Shown here in pieces: positions 12,960 to 25,811 of a DNA stretch of 64,000 nucleotides; positions within the stretch are counted from its first letter, which is position 1, and each line of letters starts with the position of its first letter. The position numbers were made by a program, and so were the translations under genes. Below the pieces are notes generated by a model. It was not told where the DNA came from and ran no database searches. It was given only the letters and a program-made list of their open reading frames with translations. The DNA comes from Rhizophagus irregularis (Eukaryota), in assembly GCF_026210795.1 (NCBI RefSeq), contig NC_089429.1:558001-622000 (forward strand). Direction: 5' to 3'.

Positions 12960-15241
12960 TTAAAATTCATCTAGTAAAATAGAATAAATAATGTTTTTAA
13001 TAAATAAAATATAATTGATCATTTTTATATTATTAAAAAAATATTTGAAATTATAAACAAACCATCGAGAATTCCTTGTTTATCTTTTTCTTCTGAATGA
13101 AGATTTGGATTATTTTGTGCTTCATCTATATAATTGAGATAAATTAGAATAATAATACCGACCATTATAATAAATAAGTTATTTATTTATTTACCATTAA
13201 TACCGATATTTGATTGTTGTTGCATTATTTCTCTCTCATGGTCATTTTGGACGTCTATTATCAGATAAATCAAAATTAAAAATATATTCATATTTATCCT
13301 TAATAATGTTTAAGAAAATTAGAATTGATACATAAATAAATATTTTAAGACTTACCATTCTCTGTTTTCAATTTTTTAAATAATCTGGACGATTCTTCAC
13401 TATCATTATCTAAAATTAAGATATAAATTAGTATTTATTTATTATAAAACTCTAATATAAGAATAAATTACCTTTAAAATTAATTGACTTATACCGATTA
13501 CTTGATTTACTAAGATTACTAGCTATAATTGAAAATCAATTATATGATATTTTATTATATAAAATACAATACAATTTTAATAAATACTTACCATTACTAG
13601 AAATACTAAAATCATACGACCTAGTTGTATAAAATGCTATTTTTAAAAAAAAATTATTAATAATTAAAGAATTATTTCTATAACATTATTAACTTTATAT
13701 TTACCTGTTTGTTCTTCTATTATTATTTATTAAAAAAAATATTATTAATAATAATTGAATATTAAAAAAAGATTAAAATTTGTAATAAATATAAAATAAT
13801 TACTCTACCTTCTGTTGCATTTTTTGGTTCAGGTAGGTTTTCAAATTCATAAATCTTACTTGTAAATAATTTACTGCTCATATTATTATTTTTTTCTTTA
13901 TCTACTTTTGCTATTAATTTGGGTAATTCATTTGGATTATTTCGATAATATAGTCTAATTTCTTTAAAATTTTTCCTAAGTGTATAAGTATCAGGTCTTT
14001 TTAATGGGTTAGCATCCCAACATTGTTCCATTAAATTTTTATATTTTGAAGGAATTTCTGATATAATTTTTGGTCTTATACCATCAATAATATTATATGC
14101 AAGAATATGTTCGTCTTCATAATCCATAAATGGTGGTTGTCCAAATGAAATTTCCCACATAAGCATTGCAATACTATAAATATCAGATTTAAAGGTATAA
14201 CCTTTTCCATTAATAACTTCGGGTGCTATGTAAGGAAGATTTCCATATATACTTGTTGATGGTTTGTCTGCAGGACCACAAAATCCAAGATCACTAATAT
14301 TCCAATCATCATTAAATTGTGTATATAATATATTTCCAGAATGCAAATCTCTATGAATTGAATTCTCTTCATGAATATAATAAAGTGCATCAATTATTAA
14401 ATAAGTAATATTAATTCTTTCATTCCATGTAAGTTGATTATGATTTTGTTGTAAATATTCTCTTAAATTCACGTCATACTTATTCATTACAAGCATATAA
14501 TTTCCATTTGATGGATTTTTTGTTAAACCAAAACATTGAACAATTTCTGAACGTTTGTTACTTAAAGTTAAATGTGATTTAGCCTATAAAAGCAATAAAA
14601 TTTTATTAATAATTAAATTTTAAGTTCTTTAAATATTTTAGATTACAAACCTCTTCAAACCAACTTTGACTTGCATTTTTAACATTTTTTAATTCTTTAA
14701 GTATTACATTATGAGTTCCAAATCTTACTAATTGTTGCACTTTAGAATCCCATTCTTCATATCTACCATCAATCCATTCTGCTGTATAAATCTCTGAGAA
14801 TCCACCTTTTGTCAGATATTTAATATTTTCTAAATTATTATATGGGATCCATTCAATAATTCTAGTTGGTATAAGTGTTTCCATTTGACAATTTTTTATT
14901 AAATTATCAATAACATTATTTCCAGAAGTCCAATTTGAAAAATTATATTTTAAATAATTTCGAACACAATATTCACAATATAATGTAGCTAAACATTTTT
15001 GGTTACAATTTTCACAAATTCTTCTTGTCCCTTCATTATGAATAATTTTATCTCGGTCATGATTTTTATTATTGACTCTTATTGCTTCAGTTTTTTCTTC
15101 TTCTGTAAGAGATTCGTCAGCAAGAATGAATTGTTCAATAAATTCGGATTGTTCATGTAAATTAACGTAAATATTATAATCAATTGATGCCAATGCCCTA
15201 CTAAGTACTGCTTGTATTAATTCTATTCGAATATTAGACAT
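12960..15241 (-). CDS. TKL-like protein kinase paralogue 3
   Basis: ORFs 14606-15241 and 13762-14496; conserved motifs and intron positions; last exon G|AT GAA TTT TAA. Confidence 0.9.
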
Positions 15242-17320
15242 TTTTGTAAAAAAAAAAATTTTTTTTAATAATAGTGCAAAAGAAAAAATAAAGTTTCAAT
15301 AGACGATAAGTGGTGTAACTACCAAGATTTTAATATTGTCTACTGACCTACCTGTCATGTGCACATTGCTGCATTGTAAACATGTGAACGAAATAACGAT
15401 CATCTGATCATAATCACAAAAATAAAATAAATACCGATCTTCAAAATTATTTGTACATATCGAAATATGATGTAAATACTACAAAGGCACAAATAACGTT
15501 AATAGGTTTAAGCTTTTGTAGACTAAAAATATTTTCTGCAATTTAATTAAAGATGTTTTTGAAAAAAGAAAGTGTTTTATCAAATCATAGAATTCAAAAA
15601 ATCATAAACACCTTTAAATTCATAGTAAAATAAAATTTCGATTACCGTATTAGTTCTACGTTATCAATAAGTTTCGATGATAATAAAAAAAAAATATTAA
15701 AATATTTAATAATGGATTAATTTTCTTTCCGCTTTTTTCTATTATTTAAATTAATTTATAATATTTTATTTTAGTTATTTATTACTTAGGATATATATAT
15801 ATATTTTTTATTAGCTATTGATGCTTAATGAGCCAAATTTGAAGTTCAATGAAAGGATGGAAATAAAAATTCAATTTTGATGATAAAGTTTTATTTGCAT
15901 AATTTTTCGATAATATAAAACAGTAACATATTTTTCTATTGCCTTTTTCGTGGCGTAATGAGCTTACAAAAATTAAAAGTCAACTATGTTTTAGATAATT
16001 TCTCTACTCAATGTATCTTTTTTAAAAAAAAAAATTCAAAGAGATTATCTATTCAGTCAATTCAGTGAAATAATTTTTTTATTGTAGAAAAAAAGTTTAT
16101 TTATAGTTGGAAACTAAAATCACTAAATATTTAAGAGTAACATGCACAATAACATTATTATAAGTCAATATATATTATGATATTATTATTGATTATGATT
16201 ATCTCTATTTGATGAACGACTCTATAAAGTTATCCTTATTTCAAACTCTAATTTTCTGTTTATCACTTTCAATTCACTTTCTAATGCAAGAGAAACTATC
16301 TAATAGGACTTTCTAAGAATTTAGGCGACGAGAAATTATACCCACCATTTGCGTAAGAAATTGGCTGATAACGAAAGCGTGATCAAATGATAACTGAGGT
16401 TGGAGGTAGAAATTTTATTTATTAATTGGCGCACTTTTAACAACTTACAATATATTCTAATGACTACTTTTTTTTTGATTTAGTAATGAAAGTAGGATTC
16501 AATTTAATTCATCATATTATTTATTCTTCTTCTTTCATTACCGGCAAATAATTAAAAAATTTTTCAGAGATATTTGAAAACAATGACGTTCGATAAAAGA
16601 AAATATTAAATTAAAAACAGAAATACAAGGCTTGTAAGAATCGTATGTATGATCAATATTGAATTAACTTTAGCGAGCCGAAGCACATTCAGAGAAGTTT
16701 TGTCGATTTAGGCTACTCTGTCAATGATACTGGAATATTAATTACCTCTTTCGATATCTATGTCTTCTTGCGACTTCGTATATGGATATTTTGCTAAAAG
16801 TATCGAAAAAGTATTTAAAGGATAATTTTACTTTTTTATTTATGATGAAAAAATAGAAATTGCTTATAAATTAATAAATATCAAGTATAATTTACAAATT
16901 AACGCATAAAGTCATATAATATTTTAGGTTGGAACCCTTTTCCCATTACTCACGAGTCAAGTCCTACTATTAGTTAGGCGGGTACTAATCAGAGTTAACA
17001 AATTTCTACTTAATTCTGAATGAAATAATTAACTTTGACCAAAATTAGGAACCCTTAACCGGAAACAAGAAAGGATTTTATTTTGATTTATATTCCATAT
17101 AATTAATTACTTTTTTAAAGTTTATACAAAAATGAGAAAAGTTTTATAATTTTCGTAACAAATTTTCACAACATCAGTTATCAAGAAAATCTTCACATAT
17201 TATTTTTTGAGTTTATTGAATTTTATTTAATTTATTAGATTCAAACAAATAAAATAAGTCATCGTTATCTGTTATAATTTCAGTTAATTAAAATAAGTTA
17301 TAATTGAAGGTGGCCTTTTT

Positions 17321-18660
17321 TTACGAATTCAAAGTCTATGTATTATTGTATAAGGAAAAGATTAGTTCGTTGTAAATAAATATAAAAGGTAAATATATAT
17401 ACAAATAATTGTGATTTCCTACCTTCATATAAATGTCATCAACAATTTCAATAGAATTAATAATTTGCTGAATTTCAAATAATTCTTCAGAACCAAAATT
17501 AACTGTTACTGCTTCAACATTTTCTTCCAAACGTTTAATTTTTCTTGCGTCAGGAATAACAACAAAATTATTACCTGTAAAAAGTATATAAAATATTATA
17601 GTTTATAAAATGTTGATATTAAAATGTAATAAATTTTTAAGGTTAATATTTAACTGAGCTTAGAATCCAAGATAAATAAAGTTGCCCTGAAGTTACGCCT
17701 TTCTTTCCGCAAATTCATTACAATTTCCAAATTTTTTATTGAAATTTTTCACCTTGAAAATGCGGAATAAATTTTATCATCGATAGACTTATATTTTCCT
17801 AAAAAAAAAATACATATACATACATATATTTGTAAAATTGTTACGTTTTCAAAATGATAATACGGTTAGAAATCTGCGTCCAAGTGTGGCTATAAGCTAC
17901 CTAATTCATGATAAGCTTCCATAATTCCATTTGTTTCAATATCAAGTGTCCAAGAACTATATTCAATCTTAAAAATAATTTTAATACAGATCAAAAGGGT
18001 TAATATTAGTCATTTTGAACGTTAAAATAATGTCGATATTATAAATAAAAATTGACATACTTACTTGAATTTCGGCAATAGGATGAACTTTATAAGCACA
18101 TCGAAGAGTTGCTGCGGAACATTCAAAAAGACAAATATACAGTATTTAATTTTTCCTTCTTTAACAAGTTCTACTAAAGCGTCGACAGTGCTTTAATGGG
18201 TCTACAAGTTTTTGCAAGCTTGAAGAACGTATTATAGTGTACCCGATATACCTTTAAATTCACTATTCGCAATGCCAGATTTTGAAAATGAAAGAAACAC
18301 TTCATTACGAACTCTTGAAAGGAAAATTTCATTGGTTCCATTTCCATAAATATCCTTTATATTTTAAAATTAAAAAATTTAATATATTATTATCATTATT
18401 TTAAGCTAAATTATTAAAAAGTTTAAATACAAACAACAGTATCCCAAATAGTACATCCTAAGTCATTGCTCGATTCAATACTTTAATAACGGCTGCGGAA
18501 CTGTAAATAAAAGTACCCTATCATATAAAAAGAAATTAAAGTTGTTATTAAAAGATTATATAATTAATGAGTTTAAATGACATCAATATCAATTGATGAA
18601 CGTTCTGTACCATGCTTTTTGCAGGATTTTTATACATCACTTTTATCAAAATTCATGAAC
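17321..18660 (-). pseudogene. Aldo-keto reductase pseudogene
   Basis: Colinear with the AKR at 35046-36577 but with frameshifts and a deletion near 18205 that removes the [16 protein letters not shown] segment containing the catalytic His. Confidence 0.85.
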
Positions 18661-20589
18661 GAATAAAAGACATTTTCTGACCCCTCCGGCCAAGGGGAGT
18701 CAAGGCAATTTTTCTAAAAAAAAAGGAAATGGAATAAAATGAAATGAAATGAAAAAAAGAAAATAATAATGGTTTTACCGGATAATTGATAAACCCAAAA
18801 TTTTTAATTTAAATATTTAATGTTTATGAATCAATTCGGTATTGATTTGAATTTCGGAAATTTTATTAATACGTATCAAAATAAAAAAAAAAACTTATTT
18901 CCCAAGTTACTTACTTTAAGCGGGTAGTTTATTCTTTACCATTCAAAAATTTTTGATGCATGAAATCAAAATGATTATCAAAAGATCTTCAAAAATTCAC
19001 GTTAAACAATTTTTTTATCTTATTCTATTCCAATAAATTTTGCATTGTGAAATCAATTATTTAATTATTTTACTCTATACAGTAGTTACTCTATACGGCA
19101 GTTAAAAACTATTATGCAAATAAAAATTAATAATGGTGACAACAGTTATTTCTTGGTATAATAAATTTTTAAATTTAATTTTTTTGATTCGTTCGTTAGC
19201 AATTTTGATAATGAATTCCCTTTTTATCGTCAAAACTTAAACTTTATCGTTAGATTCCACCATAATTATTTTGTATGTACTTTCATTTATTAATAAGTAT
19301 CGTTTAATTATATGTTTGAAATAGGTGGTCAATAATTTTATAATATTGATATACTGTAATATATTATGATAGAGCTGACGATTGTTTTTAACATATTACC
19401 TTCACTCACCTTGCTTCAAATTTGGGGATTAAAATGATTAAAATCTAAACAAGTTAGAACTATTATTTGTGTCTTTGTAACATGATAAACATTCTAAACA
19501 TAAGGGTAGTTGGGTAATTGGTTGCTCCAGAAACAAACTTTTATGACAGTTGTTTTCTTATGTCCGTAAAGTCTTTTGATTATTAAGTCAAAAAAAAAAA
19601 AATTAATTAATTTTCATTATGTAAATGAATATTATTTTTAGAAATTTTAATTACTTTGCTTATTTAGAATATTTCTGAAGTAGAATAATAATTACTTGGA
19701 TAGATCATTTTTAAATTAGTATTTATAAAGAATGTTTAATAATATATTATGGTTATTCGAAATTTTTTATCTGAACATTATTTGTAGACCTCAATATAAA
19801 GACACAATTCCACATCTATAGTCCCGAAAATTCGGATTATGATTTTACATTTTGCAAATAAAATACCGCACTAGGTGGGATTAACGATGAACGAAATAAA
19901 TTACTTTTGAAATTTCATAACTAGGAACGAAAAAGTTCGTGAATTTGCTGGACGCTAATCACGTGAGTGGATATATAATACCCGTGACCATAAATTTTTT
20001 CCTTTCGCTCCAGACTACAAAATTTATCAGTACTAAAACTTATAATGCTCCTACAATACTGTAACTATTAATTAAAAAAAAAATAAATAAAAGTAATTCA
20101 GTTAACAATAATTATGTTTTCCAATTATTAATCAAATATTGATAACGTTATAAATTTAATGACTGTTGGGATAGTGAATTTCGGAAATATCAATTTCGGG
20201 ATTATGAATTTTTGGGATGGTAAATTTTCAGGACAATGGATGTTGGGATTGTATTTTGATTTTGGAAATTTGAGTGGTTAACTATCTAATTACCGATTTA
20301 TAATTTGCCTAGTAAAAAAAAAAAATTCCATTTTAGACGAAAATATTAAATTACATTAAAATTTAGTACATATTATTGTTCATATATAACATTTTATAAT
20401 GACGCAATAAATCTATAATTATCTTTATATAATAATTGAATGGTCCTGTAAAAACAAAGGAAATTTAAGTTATATAAATTACAAATTAGGAATTTTCCTA
20501 CAACTTCTTAGTATTTAAATAATTAAAATATTAATAGAATATAAATAATAAAATGGTTTGCTTTCAAAATTAATTGTGAATTAATCTAA

Positions 20590-22770
20590 AAAAAAATAAA
20601 TTCATTAATCTCTAAATATCATTGAAGATTTAGATTATTTAACAAACATTTTCTTACCATTAATTTCAACACTTGGTCGTTGTATTATTTAATCACTTTG
20701 AGTATTTACAATTATTGCTAAATAATAATAAATTTAATAAGATGCTGCTTGTTTTCTAAATTGGAATTAAAATTATTTTACTAAATGATTTATTTACTCA
20801 CCATTAATTCAACATTTGGCGTTTCTTTATTATAATCATTATGAGTATCTATAATTATTAATAAAATTAAATTTAATAAAATGCGAGCTTTATTAAAATT
20901 AATTACTAAATGTTATACTTGCCATTCTTTTAAACTTATCAATAATATTTTAAGTACTTCAAATACTTCAAATATTTTTTTACTGCTTAGCTAAAATCAA
21001 ATAATCAATATGAATAAGAATTAAATTATTTTTTTTCTTTTAATTATTATCTTTGATAATATTGCTTATGCTTAATGCATTATCATTTGATCACTTAATT
21101 TGCCAAAATCATTAACTAAGAGATAAAAACAAATTATTTAGGATTTTATTATAAAAATTCATTGTAACTTTAATAAATACTTATAATTATTAAGGATACT
21201 AAAATCATATAATTTACTATAAAAAATATCATTTTTAAAATTATTATTTGTCAAAGACCTTTTAAATGTTAGTAAAAATCAACATTACCTTTTTGTTCTT
21301 CTATTTAGTTAAAAAAGAATATCATTAACACTAATGATGTTAAATGAATAATAATTATTAAATAATCACTATACCTTCTGTTGCATTTTTTGGTTCAGGT
21401 AAATTTCAAATTTATGAATTTTTACTTGTAAATGATTTACTGCTCGTGTTATTATTATTTATTTTTATTATTGATTGAGGTAATTCATTTGGTTTATTTT
21501 GATAATATAATTTAATTTCTCTAATTTTTTCCCAAAAGTATAACAATGTTTAGGTCTTTCTAATGGATTGGCATTTCCGACATTGTTCCATTAATTTTTT
21601 TTTATTTTAAAGGAATTTCTGATATGATTTTGGTCTCATACCATTAATAATATTAATTGCAAGATTACAATCTTTTTCATAATTTAAAAATGGAGGTTGT
21701 CCAAATAAAATTTCCCACATAAGCATTGCAACACTATAAACATCAGGTTTAAAAAGTTTCCATAAATAACTTCAGTATGTAAGGAAGATTTCCATATATA
21801 CTTGTTAATGGTTTGTCTTCAGGACCACAAAACCCAAGATCACTAATACGCAAAAATCATTAAGTTGTGAATATAATATATTTCCAGGATGCAAATCTCT
21901 GTGAATTTATGCACATTATAAAGATTATCAATTATTAAAAAAGTAATTTTAATTCTTTCATTCCATTTAGATTTTGTTGTAAATATTTTTTTAAATTTAT
22001 GTATCACAAGCATATAAATTCCATTTGATGGATTTTTTGTTAACCATAGGCCATAGCATTGAATGACATTTGGGTATTTACTACTTATAGTTAAATGTGA
22101 TTTAGCCTATAAAAAATAATAATTATTTTGTTATTAATAATATAGTATTTAAATTAATAAGTTCTTTAAATATTTTTAGATTTCAAACCTCTTCAAACCA
22201 TCTTTGACTCGCATTTTCTACATTTTTAAATATTACATCATGAGTTCCAAATCTTACTAATTGTTCTTCAGAATCCAATTCTTCATACCATCCACCAATC
22301 CAATCTGGTGTATAAATTTTAGAGAATTCACCTTTTGTCAGATATTTAATATTTTCTAAATTACTTAAATGGAATTCATTCAACTATTATTCTGGATTAA
22401 GGGTTTCTATTTGATAACTTTTTATTATTAAATTATCTATATAATTATTTCCAGATGTCTAATTTAAGAAGTTTGCTTTTTAAATAATTTTGAACACAAT
22501 ATTCAATATAAATGTGGTTAAACATTTTTGATTACAATTTTCACAAATTCTTTCCATTCCATCATTATAATGAATTTTATTTCGGTCATAGTCTTTATTA
22601 AGTAATCTTATTGCCTCCAGTTTTTTATTTTTCTGTTAAAGAATTATCAGCAAGAATTGTTGTCACATAAATTCATATTGCTTATAAAGATTATTGTGAA
22701 TATTATAATCAATTGATGTAAAAACTCTATTAAGTGCTGTTTGAAATAATACTTCTCGAATGGTAGATAT
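20590..22770 (-). pseudogene. TKL-like kinase pseudogene (paralogue 4)
   Basis: Homologous to paralogues 1-3; start codon reads ATA at 22770; many frameshifts and deletions; 3' boundary approximate. Confidence 0.9.
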
Positions 22771-24059
22771 ATTGACTTAATTAGTTGCAAAAAGATAATT
22801 TTATAAATGGTTTTAATCGTCAAATTTCAGTATACTAGTCTACTGATCTGCATGTCATGTGAATCACTAATGTGGCATTTCAAGAAATTGCATTGTCACG
22901 ATTTCTTTCTTTGAATATGGCGACAGTATAATCTGGATCGTTAAATTTAAAATGTTGCACATGTCACCCTCTGTCTTACATCAATTTTTCCTAAAGCTGC
23001 ATTACCATAATCTTTTCTAACTTATTATAGACATGGTCTTCGATCAATATATTCTTAATTCGTTGGCACTTTTATTAATTAGTTCTTTCTTTTGATTACT
23101 TTCATAAAATTTTTTTTTTTTCAAATTTCATTAACAGGTTTAAATCATTTTTTAATCAGAATGAAAGATATGAAATGATGAACATGAATAATTAATTATT
23201 GACTGTGTCACTTACCAATAATATATTTTTATATTAAGTGAAATAAGTAGTAGTTTTTTTTAATAAACCTTTATAAAATTCGAAATATTAAACCCCTATA
23301 AATTCATATTTAGTAATTGTAATACCGTATTTGACTGATATTAAGAACCTGAAATTAAGTTTATACGTGTGTTAAAAAATAAGCATCTATTGGTGATATT
23401 TCGGTCAATATTCATCTGAAAATATTAAAATTTTAATACTATTCAATTCGTCTCAATGTGACGAATTCAATTTTTACTTTATTAATGATCAAATTAAATT
23501 ATGAGATATCCTTTAATAAAAAGTTGAATAGTACCGAGTCATCAACTCAAAATTAAGCATCCTATAATAAAAAAAAGGGTGCTTAATATAAGTCAAATAT
23601 GGTATCAATAAATTCCAATAATATTAAAAAATATATATTAATTATAATGAATGTTGAAGACATGTTACGCCAAGTAAATTGAGAACTTAATTGATTCTGT
23701 AGATAATAATGTATCTTATCTTCCGTTTTTTATTCTAATAGAAGAGACATAATGAAAAAATAGAAAGTTTCAAGAGTCTGACTTGTTGAACTGATAAAAA
23801 AAAATGCAACATAAACAAGTATAAATTTAACTAGTATACAACTTTAGATTAATTCATATATTACTTTTGATTAATAAAAAAAGTATTTTCGAGAAGGTTA
23901 ACTCACCCAGACAATAAAATGCCAGATTTATTCTTAGCTAATCATCTACTAGTCTCTTGATACACATATTTTAAATTTTAAAATATTTCAATGAAAAGCA
24001 ATAGTTCTTTATTACATGTTTTTGTAAAATAATTAATTGCAAATAAAGAAATTATAATA

Positions 24060-25388
24060 TAGGATTTTTTGACATCAATGGTTTTGTTATCAGTATCATT
24101 TTTTTCTAAGGATGTTCTGGCAGAGAGAATGGTACAAATAATTGAGCAAGTGGGTGAAAAGAAATTTATTTTCAGCTTTAGTTATTCTGTGTTCAATTAG
24201 TCATTTTGACGTTTGTTGATATCGTGTAAAAGTTTTAAAGGGAGGGTTTGGACTCTAAATAGATAAGTAAAATGATGAACATTATAAAAACACAACAGAT
24301 AAAAAAATAAAAGGTCACGTACGAGGTTTACTGCTGAACCAATGTCAGTAGCACCAAGAGAAGTATTTCTAAGTCCTAAATAAAAAAATGAAAAAAAATG
24401 AACATTATAAAATCGTAATAAAACAAAAGTTATATGGAAGACACACCACCAGGGGACTTTAGAATTAAGTGACGTGAGTAGCTCTAAGGACGTTCTTACA
24501 GAGATTTTTTCTGAGAGTGATTTGCGAGAACCAACCATGGTACCAGTAATTGAGAAAAAAATTTATTTTCGGCCTTAGTTATCCTGTGTTCAATTAAGTC
24601 ATTTTGACGTTGTCACCAACATCAGCCATCCATCGGTAAACAATATTAAACACTTAAACATTAAAAATAAATTATTATCTCTTAATAACTTTAATTTATA
24701 ATTTCAAACTAGGATAATTTCCCTTAAACATATCTTGAACAACCCTTCTTTTTATAATATTTGAAGTTTCACTAAATATTATAATTCTTTAACTAGATTG
24801 TAACTCTTCATGAGTCATAATCTTTCCAATCTATTTCCATCTATTTCTAAATCATTATGACTCATTATGACTAATAACTATTTATAACTAAACTATAAAT
24901 ATAACTATTCTAAATATAAATAACTTAAAAAAATTGTTGTAACTGATCTATAAATAAATAATAACTATAAATATCATTAATAAATTGTGGAAATATCATG
25001 TGACCAATCTGATATCTACAGCTACAATGTTACAATGTTTGTTGATATCATGTAAAACCAATTCTTTTAAAGTAAACTCTTTTTTATTCTCCCATTGAGG
25101 GAATTTGAGGAGCTTGTTTTCAAGGAGGAGTTTGACTCTAAATAGACAAGTAAAATGATGAACATTATAAAAACACAGATAAAAAAAATAAAAGGTCATG
25201 TACGAGGTTTACTGCCAGAACTAATGTTATTACCACTAAGTGAAGTATTTATTAGTCCTAAATAAAAAAATAAAAAAAAACAAACATTATAAAATCATAA
25301 TAAAACAAAGTTATATGAAAGACACATACACCAACAGGGGACTTTAGAATTAAGTGACGTGAGTAGCGGTTAAAAATGGTTTTGATCA
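24060..25388 (-). pseudogene. Two tandem decayed copies of the small 3-exon gene at 49200-49739
   Basis: Reverse-complement matches to 49200-49700 (PQWENKKEFTLKELVLH, SLGATDIGS). Copy A 25388-24510 is split by an insertion; copy B 24500-24060 has deletions. Confidence 0.75.
24611..25034. mobile_element. TG...CA element (solo LTR or Ginger-like), 424 bp
   Basis: Termini TGTCAC...GTTACA; 4-bp TSD ACGT/ATGT; the uninterrupted site TTTTGACGTTTGTTGAT is in the neighbouring copy at ~24204-24220. Confidence 0.6.
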
Positions 25389-25811
25389 TTCTTATAGTTA
25401 GAACTTAGAAATATAGCTCAAAATTTTTTTTGAGAGAAATTGAGAGTTTCTTAGTTTTTTCGATTATCCTTACACTTGAGAAAAATGATCTAATCATATT
25501 ACAGAATTAATCAGTACTGATGCAATTAAAATATTTTTTCTTTTTACTCACTTAAATTTGCACATTTTTTGCAAAAAATTACTCGTGTATGATAAATGAT
25601 GAAATAAATTTATAAATTCATAATAGTAATAATTAATAATTGAATAATCCTATATAAATAATTCAACGTAAAATAAATAATAAAAATGAATTTATGGGAA
25701 AAAGTCTAATTTTTGTTTTTTAGCCGCTTCGTAATATTGATTCTTATTAATATATGGCCGTTTTGCAATAACATTACCAATAGAAGCTTCTCCAATCCCC
25801 TCATGGGTATT

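Noticed and set aside
19750..20282. Possible old TIR element with TTTCGGGA subrepeats
   Set aside because: Ends too degraded; no TSD could be established.
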